The notes under the pieces were generated by a model that saw only the letters and a program-made list of their open reading frames with translations, was not told where the DNA came from and did no database searches. A program made the translations under genes and the position numbers. From Neophaeotheca triangularis (Eukaryota): 64,000 nucleotides of DNA. Where the stretch lies: the NCBI GenBank assembly GCA_054600435.1, contig BAAIJX010000022.1, positions 124,001-188,000 of the forward strand, read 5' to 3'. Shown here one piece after another: positions 13,201 through 22,115 of this stretch (positions are counted from its first letter, which is position 1; each line of letters begins with the position of its first letter).

Positions 13201-14956
13201 CAAGGACAGGGTACGAACTGTTCGCGAGAAGAACAGTGATAAAGGCTTGACATTAGGCGCAGAGCTCAAGGGGAAAGCCTCAGCCGAGGTTGCTACCGAC
13301 GACGCTACCGCAGCAGGCAGAGTCAGCACGCCTCTGGCAGGAAATAGTAGGAAACCTTCCCCTGCAGCTGGTGACGAGACAAAGCGTAAACAGCTCGATC
13401 GCACGGCGAGCGCAAGAGCCATACACAACTACCAGGGTAACGATCCGACCGTGCTAAAACTACTCGATACAGTGTACGTTGATAGCTTTGCCCTCGACTC
13501 CGCTGAATTCGGGCCAATAATCCAACCAATCAAACGTGGACCCATCCCTAGCGGCGGTAGTGTAGCCTCCAAGGGTGCATGGCGTCCTCAAGGGCAGCTT
13601 GTTGCCATCTTAGCAGAGCACGCGGACAAGGTTGTCAAGATTGTGGTTCCTGTAGACCATTCCTTCTTCCTCACAGCATCCGAAGATGGGTCAGTGAGAG
13701 TTTGGGACTCTGCCCGTCTGGAGCGCAACATCACCCATCGATCACGACAAAGTTACAGGCATGGGCCAAACGTCAAAATCACGAGTCTTTCTCTGGTTGA
13801 AAGCACTCATACATTCATCAGCACAGGCTCAGATGGCAGCGTACATGTCGTCAAAGTAGACATGAGCGACAATGGCACTTCTACACGCTATGGGAAACTA
13901 CGAACACTGCGCGAGTGGCAGATTCCTACCAGCAGCTCTGCCGGTGAATACGCAGTCTGGAGTGAACACTTTCGCGGCGATCCAGCCAGCACTCTCCTCC
14001 TCGCCACAAGCCACAGCCGTATCCTCGCCGTCGACCTCCGCTACATGACGATACTCTTCGAGCTGCAAAACCCCGTCCAACACGGCATCCCAACTTGCTT
14101 CTGCACGAGCCGCAAGCACGACTGGCTCCTCATCGGTACCTCCCACGGCATTCTCGACCTCTGGGATTTGCGATTCAAATTGAAACTGCGCTCCTGGACC
14201 TTCCCTGCCGCGGCACCTATCACCCGCCTCCAACTTCACCCCAGCAAACGTCATTCACGGCACAACAAAGTCTGCATCTCCGGCGGCACAGCACGCGGCG
14301 AAGTGACAATGTGGGACATAGAAAAGCTAATCTGCCACGAAATCTACCGCCCCTCGCGCTCGACCAATACCACCGCCGAGCCCCTCCACCTCCGCAACTA
14401 CGAACTCCACAACCTCGACGACGACCGCGGCGAAAGCCTCCTCAACCGCATAACAGCGTCCACCAGCACCATCGACGCAGACGCCACCAGCACCACCCCG
14501 GCCGTAACCACCGCCATGCACTTCGGCGTCTACTACACCCCCTCTGACACCGAATCCCAACATCCCTACTGCCTCTCGGGCGGTCCAGACCACAAACTCC
14601 GCTTCTGGGACTGCGAGAGCCTAGCAAACTGCTGCCTCATCTCCCCCGGCGGCGAAGCCACCCCAGCCAAACCCCCGTCAACAGCTACATACACTTTCAA
14701 CGCCATCGGCACTGACACGAAGGTTTTCACCGAGCGCTTCAACAACAGCGACGAGATTGGCGAGGGCAGCGGGAAGGCTGCTGCTGGGGTGGGGGGTGCG
14801 GGCAAGGGGGTCACAAGGGCCGAGACTATTAGGGGTAGTGCTAGGGGTCTGTTAAGTGGGCATTTGGATGCGATTTCTGATGTTGGGGTGCTGGAGAGGC
14901 CGTTCGGCATGGTTTTGAGTGCGGATCGGAGTGGGAGGGTTTTTGTCTTTCAGTGA
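10292..14956 (+). CDS. VPS15: Vps15 / PI3K regulatory subunit 4 (kinase, HEAT and WD40 domains)
   Basis: 1554-aa ORF with myristoylation-type MGQ start, HGDIK and DF..YKPVYLPEDNPADF kinase motifs, HEAT region KLDRILPY, C-terminal WD40 repeats. Confidence 0.96.
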   Translation: MGQSYSQAALPAGPTAIETPELADVTFEKPHAGVRFLRTVRARHQNGIVLVKVCMKSGPNVSFKDYVQRLKDERDRLADVSNALSYQRILETNSIGILVRQYLYTTLYDRTSLRPHLVGIEKKWIAFQLLCAVRDCHARGVFHGDIKARNIVVTSWGWVFLTDFSSAYKPVYLPEDNPADFTFFYDTSGSSSTRTCNVAPERFLAAGQKPLKEEDEVSWSMDIFSLGCVIAELYTEVAPFDLTQMFKFRRGEYDPTLALLNKVDDVHIRALIGSMLKLDPEGRWHAQDYLDEYKDKAFPLYFYQHLHALMQDITDPTAGRKPVILSESNNGEADDRIDRIYQDFEMLSVSLGYIDPVALNPKTVKEPSHSTGLFPLEVDIPNHRHSATSSLTEDGDNGTFILANMVTSSLRSTARAATRIRACELLLAFAERLPDEAKLDRILPYVMPLLDDPNEMVLVAALRTMTQVLALVTVTSPSNSYLFTLYIFPKLQTFVASPGFKKNPVVRATYAACLASLAQSASRFLDMVQALRAAGSLPSEASPDDEGTMLMYQESYDAARAELFDQFEGQTKVFLTDNNTSVRRAFLSSVTSLCVFFGETKSSDIILAHLNTYLNDPDWLLKCAFFETIVGVAIYIGGASLEEFILPLMLQALADPQDFVIEQALRSLSSMAQLGLLHRQKIWELIDIVARFEMHPNVWIRGAAAHFVAASTTFMSVADVRILIAPLLQPYLKVPVSDLTEFELLDALKKPLPRNVLDMALVWANRSDKGVFWKPAKEARQLSYRATGQTIPFSSVADLSSGSMARTPKNDEDEQWLGRLRTAGMRTEDELKLLAFREYIWRAAQRSKRDQPAVEESEYDGVIHLSKLGAKLQTVIFDNEPDQYERYVSARDQDHERSIAEALHEAQGTHKRREGGSSELNGDAAVGTQDARSAQNAGDLKSPSLEAPSTQKRGSGTSLSISPNAGISLLKDRVRTVREKNSDKGLTLGAELKGKASAEVATDDATAAGRVSTPLAGNSRKPSPAAGDETKRKQLDRTASARAIHNYQGNDPTVLKLLDTVYVDSFALDSAEFGPIIQPIKRGPIPSGGSVASKGAWRPQGQLVAILAEHADKVVKIVVPVDHSFFLTASEDGSVRVWDSARLERNITHRSRQSYRHGPNVKITSLSLVESTHTFISTGSDGSVHVVKVDMSDNGTSTRYGKLRTLREWQIPTSSSAGEYAVWSEHFRGDPASTLLLATSHSRILAVDLRYMTILFELQNPVQHGIPTCFCTSRKHDWLLIGTSHGILDLWDLRFKLKLRSWTFPAAAPITRLQLHPSKRHSRHNKVCISGGTARGEVTMWDIEKLICHEIYRPSRSTNTTAEPLHLRNYELHNLDDDRGESLLNRITASTSTIDADATSTTPAVTTAMHFGVYYTPSDTESQHPYCLSGGPDHKLRFWDCESLANCCLISPGGEATPAKPPSTATYTFNAIGTDTKVFTERFNNSDEIGEGSGKAAAGVGGAGKGVTRAETIRGSARGLLSGHLDAISDVGVLERPFGMVLSADRSGRVFVFQ

Positions 14957-15495
14957 GTTAGTGAGTGAGTGAGGGTGGATTGAAGCGGGTTGAATGGGAA
15001 GAGTGAAGGGGATAGTCAAGGTGAGTAGCTTGGTGACGAGACCCCTGGATGGTGATGGGGTTGGCGGCTCGAGAAGAATGGTTTGTACCGCCACCGTTTT
15101 GCCTGGGACTTAGCTCGTTTACACATGACTCTGTAGCGTGGCTGTCCATTCTCAATGCAACAGTATCTCGAGATCCCCATTTTGCTTCTTCTCCGGTTCG
15201 TCAAATTCGCTTAAGAAGGAATGGCGAAAGTTTGCATTGCGGAAGTTTTTTAACAAGATTGGGCGAAAGTAGGGGCAAACGAAGAAGAGGGCAGATGGAA
15301 GAGAAAAAGCAAGACTTACCGCGTTCCTGGCACGCTCTTCGGGATAGGGAGATGGTTCGAACTGCTCATTGTCTCTTCTGGCTCAAAGTTATTATTGAGA
15401 AGGCATGGCGAAATGGGAAGGAAAAGCAAGAGAGACTCACACACCCACAAAGTCCTCGCCGTACAATCTCTTCCGAACTCGACCAGAAAGAACCC

Positions 15496-15945
15496 AAAAA
15501 AAATCCCCCCCAATGTGCCTGACGAGACCAGGGCAAAAGAGAAACTCCCACTTCGCCGGGGACGTCCAGCGCCCCGGGCTTCGGGAGAAGAGAAACCATT
15601 TAACCAGCCCATTTAATTTTTTATCTTTTATGGGCGGCACCTTTCCTTGTGTATTTTTGAAGGAAAGGCTGGTTTTCTGCTTTTTGTAATTTAATTTGTT
15701 AATTCCTTTTTTTTTTAATTGCGCTGGGGTCCGAACCCGGCGCTATTGTTTTATTTTTATTTTATTCGTTTGCGCCGGGTTCGAACCCGCGCACTTCGGT
15801 GGAAGAATCGGTGGGAGGTTTCTCTGGTGGTTTAGTTAGGTTGATTTTTCGGATTGGGATATAGGGAGAAGGGGGGGAGAACGTACCGTTGAGGAATGTC
15901 GTCGAATTCCTTGGAGCGTTTGCGTTTGAGTTGAATATATGGTAT
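15496..15945 (-). ncRNA. Candidate spliced, structured Pol III-type ncRNA gene, copy A (unassigned family)
   Basis: TATA-like 16-mer 15945-15930; A-box-like TTCCTCAACGGTA 15896-15884; intron 15886-15824 (GTACGT..CCTAAC..CAG); B box GGTTCGAACCC about 15788-15777; several GC-rich hairpins; no T4 run on the sense strand until 15538, T8 at 15503-15496. Architecture matches the 41084-41392 locus. Confidence 0.6.
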
Positions 15946-16901
15946 TAAGTCAAAGGGGACCTCGATCCGTAGGTGACGGTGAGGTGAGGTAAGGACGAGG
16001 GTGAGGTGAAGTGAGGTACCTTTGCGCTCTCCCTATGCAGTCGTGACGGCTTTTCTCTTTCACTGTGCAAGGCGCGTTCCCATTGCATGCGAAAAACTCT
16101 CTCGAGACGTCAAGGATAGCCAACCTTCTTGCCCAGCTCTGAAACTGCGTCCACAGGGCTTTTGATGTACCCGTTGTTTTTATTGTAGCCAGCGACATCA
16201 CAGTCTTCACTGCTCAAGGAGACGAATTTGCTTTCGACGACTTCCTGACCACCGGCTGTCAGAGAACCGCTATGTCCAAGCGTAGTAAACATGCCCCTTG
16301 TTTTTAGTCACTCTCCTTCACGGATGCATCGCAAGCGATGGCGATGCTCAGCGAGAGACTGATCCCAAAATGCTATGGCGCCTCCACTAGATGACAAGAG
16401 AATCTGTACCCAGCCAGAACGAACCAGCCTATTGCAAGACCAACATCCCATCTCTCGCAGCAGTTAGAAGCATCCCAGAAACCATTCAAGCTCTTCACCC
16501 AACATTCGCTCTCCACCCAACATTCAAAAGCCATCCAGATCCTTCTCATCCCTCTCCCGCGGCACCTCTTTGTCCATATTCCATCAATCTTCCACATGTT
16601 TCCAGGAAACCCGTCTCAGTACAAAAGCCCAGGCCAGGAGGCGTACGCTCACTCTCACAAACTCTCACAGCATTGTCTTAACCCGACCGTCCCAAGCGCC
16701 GAGCTAAACCTCCAATATTAGCTCCCAGCATCCCCCCCGCCGAGCAGAGAACTCGAAACCCATAACTCCGTTCCCCCCAGGAGCACGCAACCTTCCCTCA
16801 CCTCTGTCCCCCAAAGCTCAGCTTCAAACCCAAACACCAAGACCAAGCCAACACCCAAAACCCCCACATCCACAACAACAACAACAACAGTGACAACCAA
16901 A

Positions 16902-17988
16902 ATGCCCTACCGCCAAATCTGTAAGCCTCATACCCCACCCGCCCCAATCCACCCAACTCCAAAACTAACCCCCCCATTCCCCACCAGACATCCCAGTCCC
17001 CCCAACCCTCCCAACAACCTACGCCCTCGCCTACCTCCAAATAGCCGCCCAGCTGCCCCCAACCCACGCTCTCCGCCAAGACCTCTCAAGCATCGCCCAC
17101 GCCGTGTTGGAAATCCCCGCAGCCGTCGCCACAGCCCTCACGACCACGACAGCACCGCCGGCAACAACGGCTGCAACTCTCACCCCCCACATCAACGCCC
17201 GCCTTCTCCTGTTGCACAACCGGGAGAACTACTACTTCCCGGCGCGTTTGGGGCTGGGCTTTGTTTCCGCGGAACTGAGCCGTGCCGATGCCATGGTGAG
17301 GGCTGCGAGTGCGAGGGGGGAGGAGGATGGGAGGGTTTTGGCGGTTAGGCGCGATTTGTGTCGTTTGAGGGTTGATCGGGTGGCTGTGGGGTTGGCGGAG
17401 ATTAGGGGGGTGGTTGGGAGGTTGGTGCGGGGTGGGGGCGATGGGGGGAATGAAGGTGGTGGTGGCGGTAGTGGAGATGCTGCGGGTGCTGCGGATGAGG
17501 GTGGTGGCGGCCACGGAGGGGGCGATAGTGAGGGCGACGGCAACGGCGACGGCACCAGTGGTGATGGCGACGACGATGCCGAAGTGTATCCAGTTGTCGA
17601 AGACGACGAGGTGCCTCGCAGTCACGACCACAGCGGCGAAATCGAAGGAGCCGACGAAAGGACTAACGACCAGGAACCCGTTGGAAACGGCTCAACGGCA
17701 CGCCTGCGCGAGAGCATTTGCAACTCGGTTGTCGGGACCAAGAGATCCTTCTCCAACATCGAAGGAGAAGACGGAGACGCCTCCACGGCAGCGGGAGTCG
17801 AGGAGACGACGGCCAAGAAGGCGAGGACAGGGCTCGAAAGGTATGAGATGAGCGGTGCCCTGGGAGAAGGTGGGAAGGATGACGGGTACTATGGGGATGA
17901 AAGTTTCGAATACGAGTCAGAGGATGAGTTTGTCGTGGATAGGAATGTGCAAGTGGAGGAACTGGCGTCCTCGGTGCTTCCTGGCTAG
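16902..17988 (+). CDS. Hypothetical protein with Gly/Asp/Glu-rich low-complexity C-terminus
   Basis: ATG 16902 (MPYRQI), intron 16921-16987 (GTAAGC..CTAAC..CAG) joins the 17104-17988 ORF frame. An additional upstream exon near 16596 is possible. Confidence 0.5.
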
Positions 17989-18282
17989 CTGGATGGGCTC
18001 ACGCTTGTCAGGAGATTGCAGTGAGCGGGAAGGCGAGGGAACGAGAAAGACGCCATCGGGGGCTGGGATTGCTGGAGACGGAGCCTGTGGGAAATATGGC
18101 AGCAATAAGAGCAACTTTCTCCCGCTTCCGAAGTTCTAAACCGTTGGCATTGGTCTAATCCACGCACCATTAGCGGCCCGAGACATTGGGTGAGGTGAGA
18201 GCCTTACCTCAGATCCGGCAAATTCACAGCGCTGAGAAAGAAGCAAATAAGGTCGTAAAATCTTGATTGGGTAGCAAAAAAA

Positions 18283-19386
18283 CTACATACCACCCCACTC
18301 GATGCAAAAAGTCCTCGTCCCTTTACTATCATCCACCTTGTCATTTTCCTTCTCCTCTCCCCCAAGCAAGTAACCTTTCTTCACACCCGTACCCAACCTT
18401 CCACCTCCCACCAGTTCGAGCAAATCGAACTCTTCTTCCCATTCCAGCCCTTTGCAGAGGAAATGACTATGGAACCGTAATGGATCGCCCGGGTAGGCCA
18501 TGTACTGACTTCCGAAACGTAGACCAGGTGCAAGAAAGTAGCCGTTTTCGTGCATGTGTTTGTAAAGTGGGTATGAGGACGCTGAGACAGGTGGAAGAGG
18601 CAGACTTTCCGTTTGCTGCGAAAGAGTAAGAGGAGGGTAAGTTGTTGTAGGAGTGTTCGGCCAGGGCTCTAGCTCCGGTTCCACAATGGAAGAGGCAGCG
18701 GTGGTGGAAGTTTCGTCCGATTCCCGGCGTGACCGAGGTGGTCCAGAAGTGCTAGGCGGTCCGAAGAGCGACTCATCTTCACTCGGCTGCCTCGCCAGAT
18801 GTGGCATCGGGGGTGTCGGCATGGCTGAGCCGTTTCCAGAAGCCGCGGCAGTAGGTTCCGCCCGTCGCTTGCTAGGCTTCCTCTTACCCTTGCCAGCACT
18901 CGACGAAGGCTGCAGCATGTCTTCGGGAAGATCATTCCAATCGCCACCTGCGTTGGTAGCTTGCATCTTCTTCGCAAGCCCAGCCTTCCGCCTCTCTTCG
19001 CTCTCCTTCTGAAAGCCCTTTGCGGCAGCCATTCCTTGTCGTCGCAAGCAAGCCTCGTATGCTCTCTTCTCCTCACCGCTCAACCCATTCTGCAAGAAAT
19101 CCTGTTTGTGCGCTTTGGTATCATCAACGATATATGCGATGCCCTTGTCCACCAACAGACGAGCCTCTTCGGGCATGAGCTCAAGCGGGATGCCTTGGAA
19201 CACATTCTGCTGCGGTGCTTGCGGAAGGCCTCCGATGAGAACGCCAATGATGTTGTGGTTTTTTCGGAGGTAAGTGATGGCATTGACGTCGTAGAGAAGA
19301 TAACGATGGGCTAGGGTGAAGATGGCAATTGGCAAGGTGGGCTCTGAGGTGCCATCTGGCCCTGAGGCGTTGGTATTGGCAGCCAT
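18283..19386 (-). CDS. SEN34: tRNA-splicing endonuclease subunit Sen34
   Basis: GVLIGGLPQAPQQNVFQGIPLELMPEEA and GYFLAPGLRFGSQYMAYPGDPLRFHSHF...GRLGTGVKK motifs. Likely start MAANTN at 19386, downstream of a 5'UTR intron 19616-19408. Confidence 0.93.
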   Translation of the reverse strand: MAANTNASGPDGTSEPTLPIAIFTLAHRYLLYDVNAITYLRKNHNIIGVLIGGLPQAPQQNVFQGIPLELMPEEARLLVDKGIAYIVDDTKAHKQDFLQNGLSGEEKRAYEACLRRQGMAAAKGFQKESEERRKAGLAKKMQATNAGGDWNDLPEDMLQPSSSAGKGKRKPSKRRAEPTAAASGNGSAMPTPPMPHLARQPSEDESLFGPPSTSGPPRSRRESDETSTTAASSIVEPELEPWPNTPTTTYPPLTLSQQTESLPLPPVSASSYPLYKHMHENGYFLAPGLRFGSQYMAYPGDPLRFHSHFLCKGLEWEEEFDLLELVGGGRLGTGVKKGYLLGGEEKENDKVDDSKGTRTFCIEWGGM

Positions 19387-19483
19387 ATTAGGCGTGGAGA
19401 CGGAGAACTTTGGTATTGAGTCAGCATCAAGAGCTAGATCAACAGCTGTTCGTCGAGTGCGATGGAGTGTTGTCCAGGTTAAA

Positions 19484-19566
19484 TCATACAAAAAAGACAC
19501 AAATTATTTACTCGTCACGAGCCTGAGGCTTCAGGGGATTGACAGATAATAATGTTTTTTAATCAT
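19484..19566 (-). ncRNA. Intronic box C/D snoRNA (SNORD110/snoR14-like; predicted SSU U in GGAUUGACAG)
   Basis: Inside the SEN34 5'UTR intron: box C ATGATTA, 12-nt guide ATCTGTCAATCC, D' CTGA, C' GTGACGA, D ATGA. The guide is complementary to the conserved SSU sequence GGAUUGACAGAU. Confidence 0.75.
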
Positions 19567-20247
19567 GTGGAAATCGCTAGGAAGAAGAAGGCAGGGGGGG
19601 GGGGGTTTAAACTTACAAGTTTAGTATGTCTTTCGAGCAGTGAAGCTCGTCTCTATCAGTTGTTCACGGCATGTTGTGGTAAGGTGATATTAATGAGGAG
19701 GAAGGAATGCGATAGATGAGGTGTCTCAAGCCAAGACACGTGTTTGTGCGATGCCCCGTGCACTACTACCTAACCTACCTTAACCTAAGCATCTAAAATG
19801 AGGTAGCTTACTAATAGTACTACTACTACCTAGTACTAGTAACCTGGAATAGTTGCTGAGGTGGCCGGGACGGGACATGCTCGGAACGAGTCGTGGTAGG
19901 AGCTTGCTCAGCGTAAAAATTCGAGCTCCTTGGATGCCTTCCATGCCTTCCTCCCTCAACAACCTAGAATATCTTCATCTCGACAGTCTACCTAGGTACG
20001 CTTCACATGGTACATACCACCAGCCCGCCAGTATTGTCGCTACGAGGCTTCTGGATGTGGTTCGACTGCAGCACAGCTTGGGCGCCATGCAAAGGCTCGA
20101 AATGCAAAACATCTCTCTCTCTCTCCACTCACTACTAGACTGCTGAGCAAGGCACATGATTACATGGCAGCCAGGCAGTAGTGAGGCACACAAGGCCCAA
20201 CTAGCCCTTATACTGTACGTTGACCCCCCTTCTCTTGCATCTCTATC

Positions 20248-20318
20248 CTGATGATACCTATCACTACTGTTCCGGAGACTATCAATGATCCACGAACAAA
20301 ACATGCATCACCATCTGA
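20248..20318 (+). ncRNA. snR55: Box C/D snoRNA, snR55/U33-like (SSU Um1269, yeast numbering)
   Basis: CTGATGA...CATGCATCACCAT-CTGA. The guide pairs with SSU UGGUGGUGCAUG (one G-U pair), and the +5 rule lands on U1269. Confidence 0.8.
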
Positions 20319-20488
20319 TCCTTCGCCCTACGACTCACCTTCACACCTCACGGCATGGCCTGTCGCGAACTACAGCTGACAGACCTCAAGAACAGAACAT
20401 CCGGCCATGATAGTGGTTTAGGGTCGAAATCAGCAATATGTTAGTACTGGTGAGCATCCCGAGACCCCCGCCTCCCCCCATCCCCAAC

Positions 20489-20566
20489 ATGATGAGTGTA
20501 TCAATTTTCAGTTCTGCTACTGAAGTACAATGTCGAAACTTCATACCAACTTACCAATTTGTCTGA
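20489..20566 (+). ncRNA. snR61: Box C/D snoRNA, snR61/U38-like (LSU Am1133, yeast numbering)
   Basis: ATGATGA...CAGTTCTGCTA-CTGA (D') ...ATGTCGA (C') ...CTGA (D). The guide is complementary to LSU AGCAGAACUG. Confidence 0.85.
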
Positions 20567-20725
20567 TACACAAACGACGTCAATTCTGCATCACACGATG
20601 GAACCAGGCGGGAGAGCGTAAGCTAACCTGCCAACTCAGACAGATCCAAACGCCAGCTTCAAATAGCTTCCTACACACCAGGGTAAGAAATTCCCCATTC
20701 TAAGCACCCTACCCCCAACATTATC

Positions 20726-20986
20726 ATGATGACACCTAGTCTATCCATTCAACGAACCCCCTCAAAGGTAGCCCATCCCGCCGAGCTAGGCTTCCTTATA
20801 CCGTACCGTCAGCGCTGCCCGAGTCGAGCTTGCTCGGTAAGGAAGGGCGCGCAGATGGGAGGATCGGTTGTGGAGTTGCAGTAATTCGCGTCAATCTGGC
20901 TTCAGAGCGCTCGAACCATGCCTTCCGTTATGGGCGGCGTGGCAAGGGCGCCGGTGGGCGGGCATGAGTTAAAACGGCTTGCCTGA
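20726..20986 (+). ncRNA. Long (261-nt) box C/D snoRNA resembling vertebrate SNORD17
   Basis: Box C ATGATGA, then AGTCTATCCATTCA, D'-like ACGA, an insert of about 210 nt that is GC-rich and base-paired, C' ATGAGTT, and D CTGA. The guide ATCCATTC(A) is complementary to LSU UGAAUGGAU. Confidence 0.7.
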
Positions 20987-22115
20987 TCAAATCAAAAGCT
21001 ACCCTCGCACACATGTCTCAAGAGATGGATCAGTGGGACCTTGCTGACGATTTGGGAAGTTATAGGTAGGTCGACGGCTGCAGTACCTCGGTGCAACAGT
21101 AGTCGCGACAAATTCAGCGTTGCAAACAGTTCTTTCTCCTACGGTGGGTCGGGAGGCATTGACTATCAAGCCTAAGGCGTGGTTTAGGAATGTGTCAGAA
21201 GCACATGGGGATGAGGAAGGATTTCGATAATTGTGAGATGACACGACGGATGTGGCGCCTGCAAGCAATACGTACGATACATGGATGCACATTTAGATGA
21301 AGCGAAATGATTTTGTATCTCTGTATTTCCCGAGGTCCTCTACCAATGTAACAAATGCCATGATGCATACATATTCGGGTGTTTGCTGATCTAATGAAGC
21401 AACTTTGAATCATCTCAAGGTACTACTGTATTGCAAGGCAGTCGGATGTTGGTGCTGCGGCACCTCACATTACTAGTAGTGTAGTGCATGCTCATCCCTT
21501 GGCCGAGCGAGCTGTCAAAGTAGGTAGTAGTAAGGTACATTAGTAGTGACCGACCCATCTGTCGCAAAGCTGAAACAAGTGTTGACGACTCCCAATCCCA
21601 GCTTGCGTTATCGCCGGAAATTCTAGCCTCTCGGACCCTCCTCCAGTAACTTACAGTGTCCCCTTGAACCACACTTGCACACCTCGTACATGCTCACGCG
21701 TAACCACTATTACCCGTCTATTACCTTGAACGTAATCCACTTCTGGCTACCTACCTAGCCACACGCATCCTGCGCTTTTCCCACCCGTCATCTCAATTAC
21801 TCTGGCCATCTCTCGTCCAAGTATCCCGATATCTCCTAGGGCTCCCCGCGCTGGCCGTCAGCCTCTCAACCACCTGGAAAGTTGCAAACGAGTTGCAAAC
21901 CGACAAGTATCCGATTATATTCCCTCCTGCGACCACACTACGCTTGTTCATGAGGCCATAAGAGCCCACAAGTAGACACACAAAGTCACCAGCACTCCGT
22001 CCAACGCTAGTATAAGGGAATCGCATACATAGATAAGGGGTGTACATTTGGCTTCAACGCCCGCCGGGCACCACACATGCTCCCCACATATGTCTCGTCA
22101 GCACAGCAGGAGAAG

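Larger units (their letters stand above)
19996..21065 (+). ncRNA. Non-coding multi-intron snoRNA host gene (boundaries approximate)
   Basis: Four GT-AG introns with branch points (19996-20170, 20215-20390, 20450-20639, 20683-21065) separated by short exons of about 45-60 nt with no convincing ORF; three introns hold C/D snoRNAs. Confidence 0.75.

Noticed and set aside
15049..15689. Small ORFs overlapping ncRNA copy A
   Set aside because: Low-complexity translations of homopolymer-rich structured DNA with no coding signature.
19760..19845. RIP-degraded transposon (TA-rich TACTAC/TAGT tract)
   Set aside because: Short low-complexity promoter tract with no TIR, LTR, TSD or transposase remnant.
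20410..20430. Telomerase RNA template (GACCCTAA on the minus strand)
   Set aside because: Only a partial repeat match, it lies in a short exon of the plus-strand snoRNA host, and I recognised no pseudoknot or P6.1 element.
20760..20965. SRP RNA or RNase P/MRP RNA in the GC-rich folded segment
   Set aside because: It lacks SRP helix-8 and P4 CR-I/CR-V motifs and is better explained as the insert of a C/D RNA bounded by boxes C and D.
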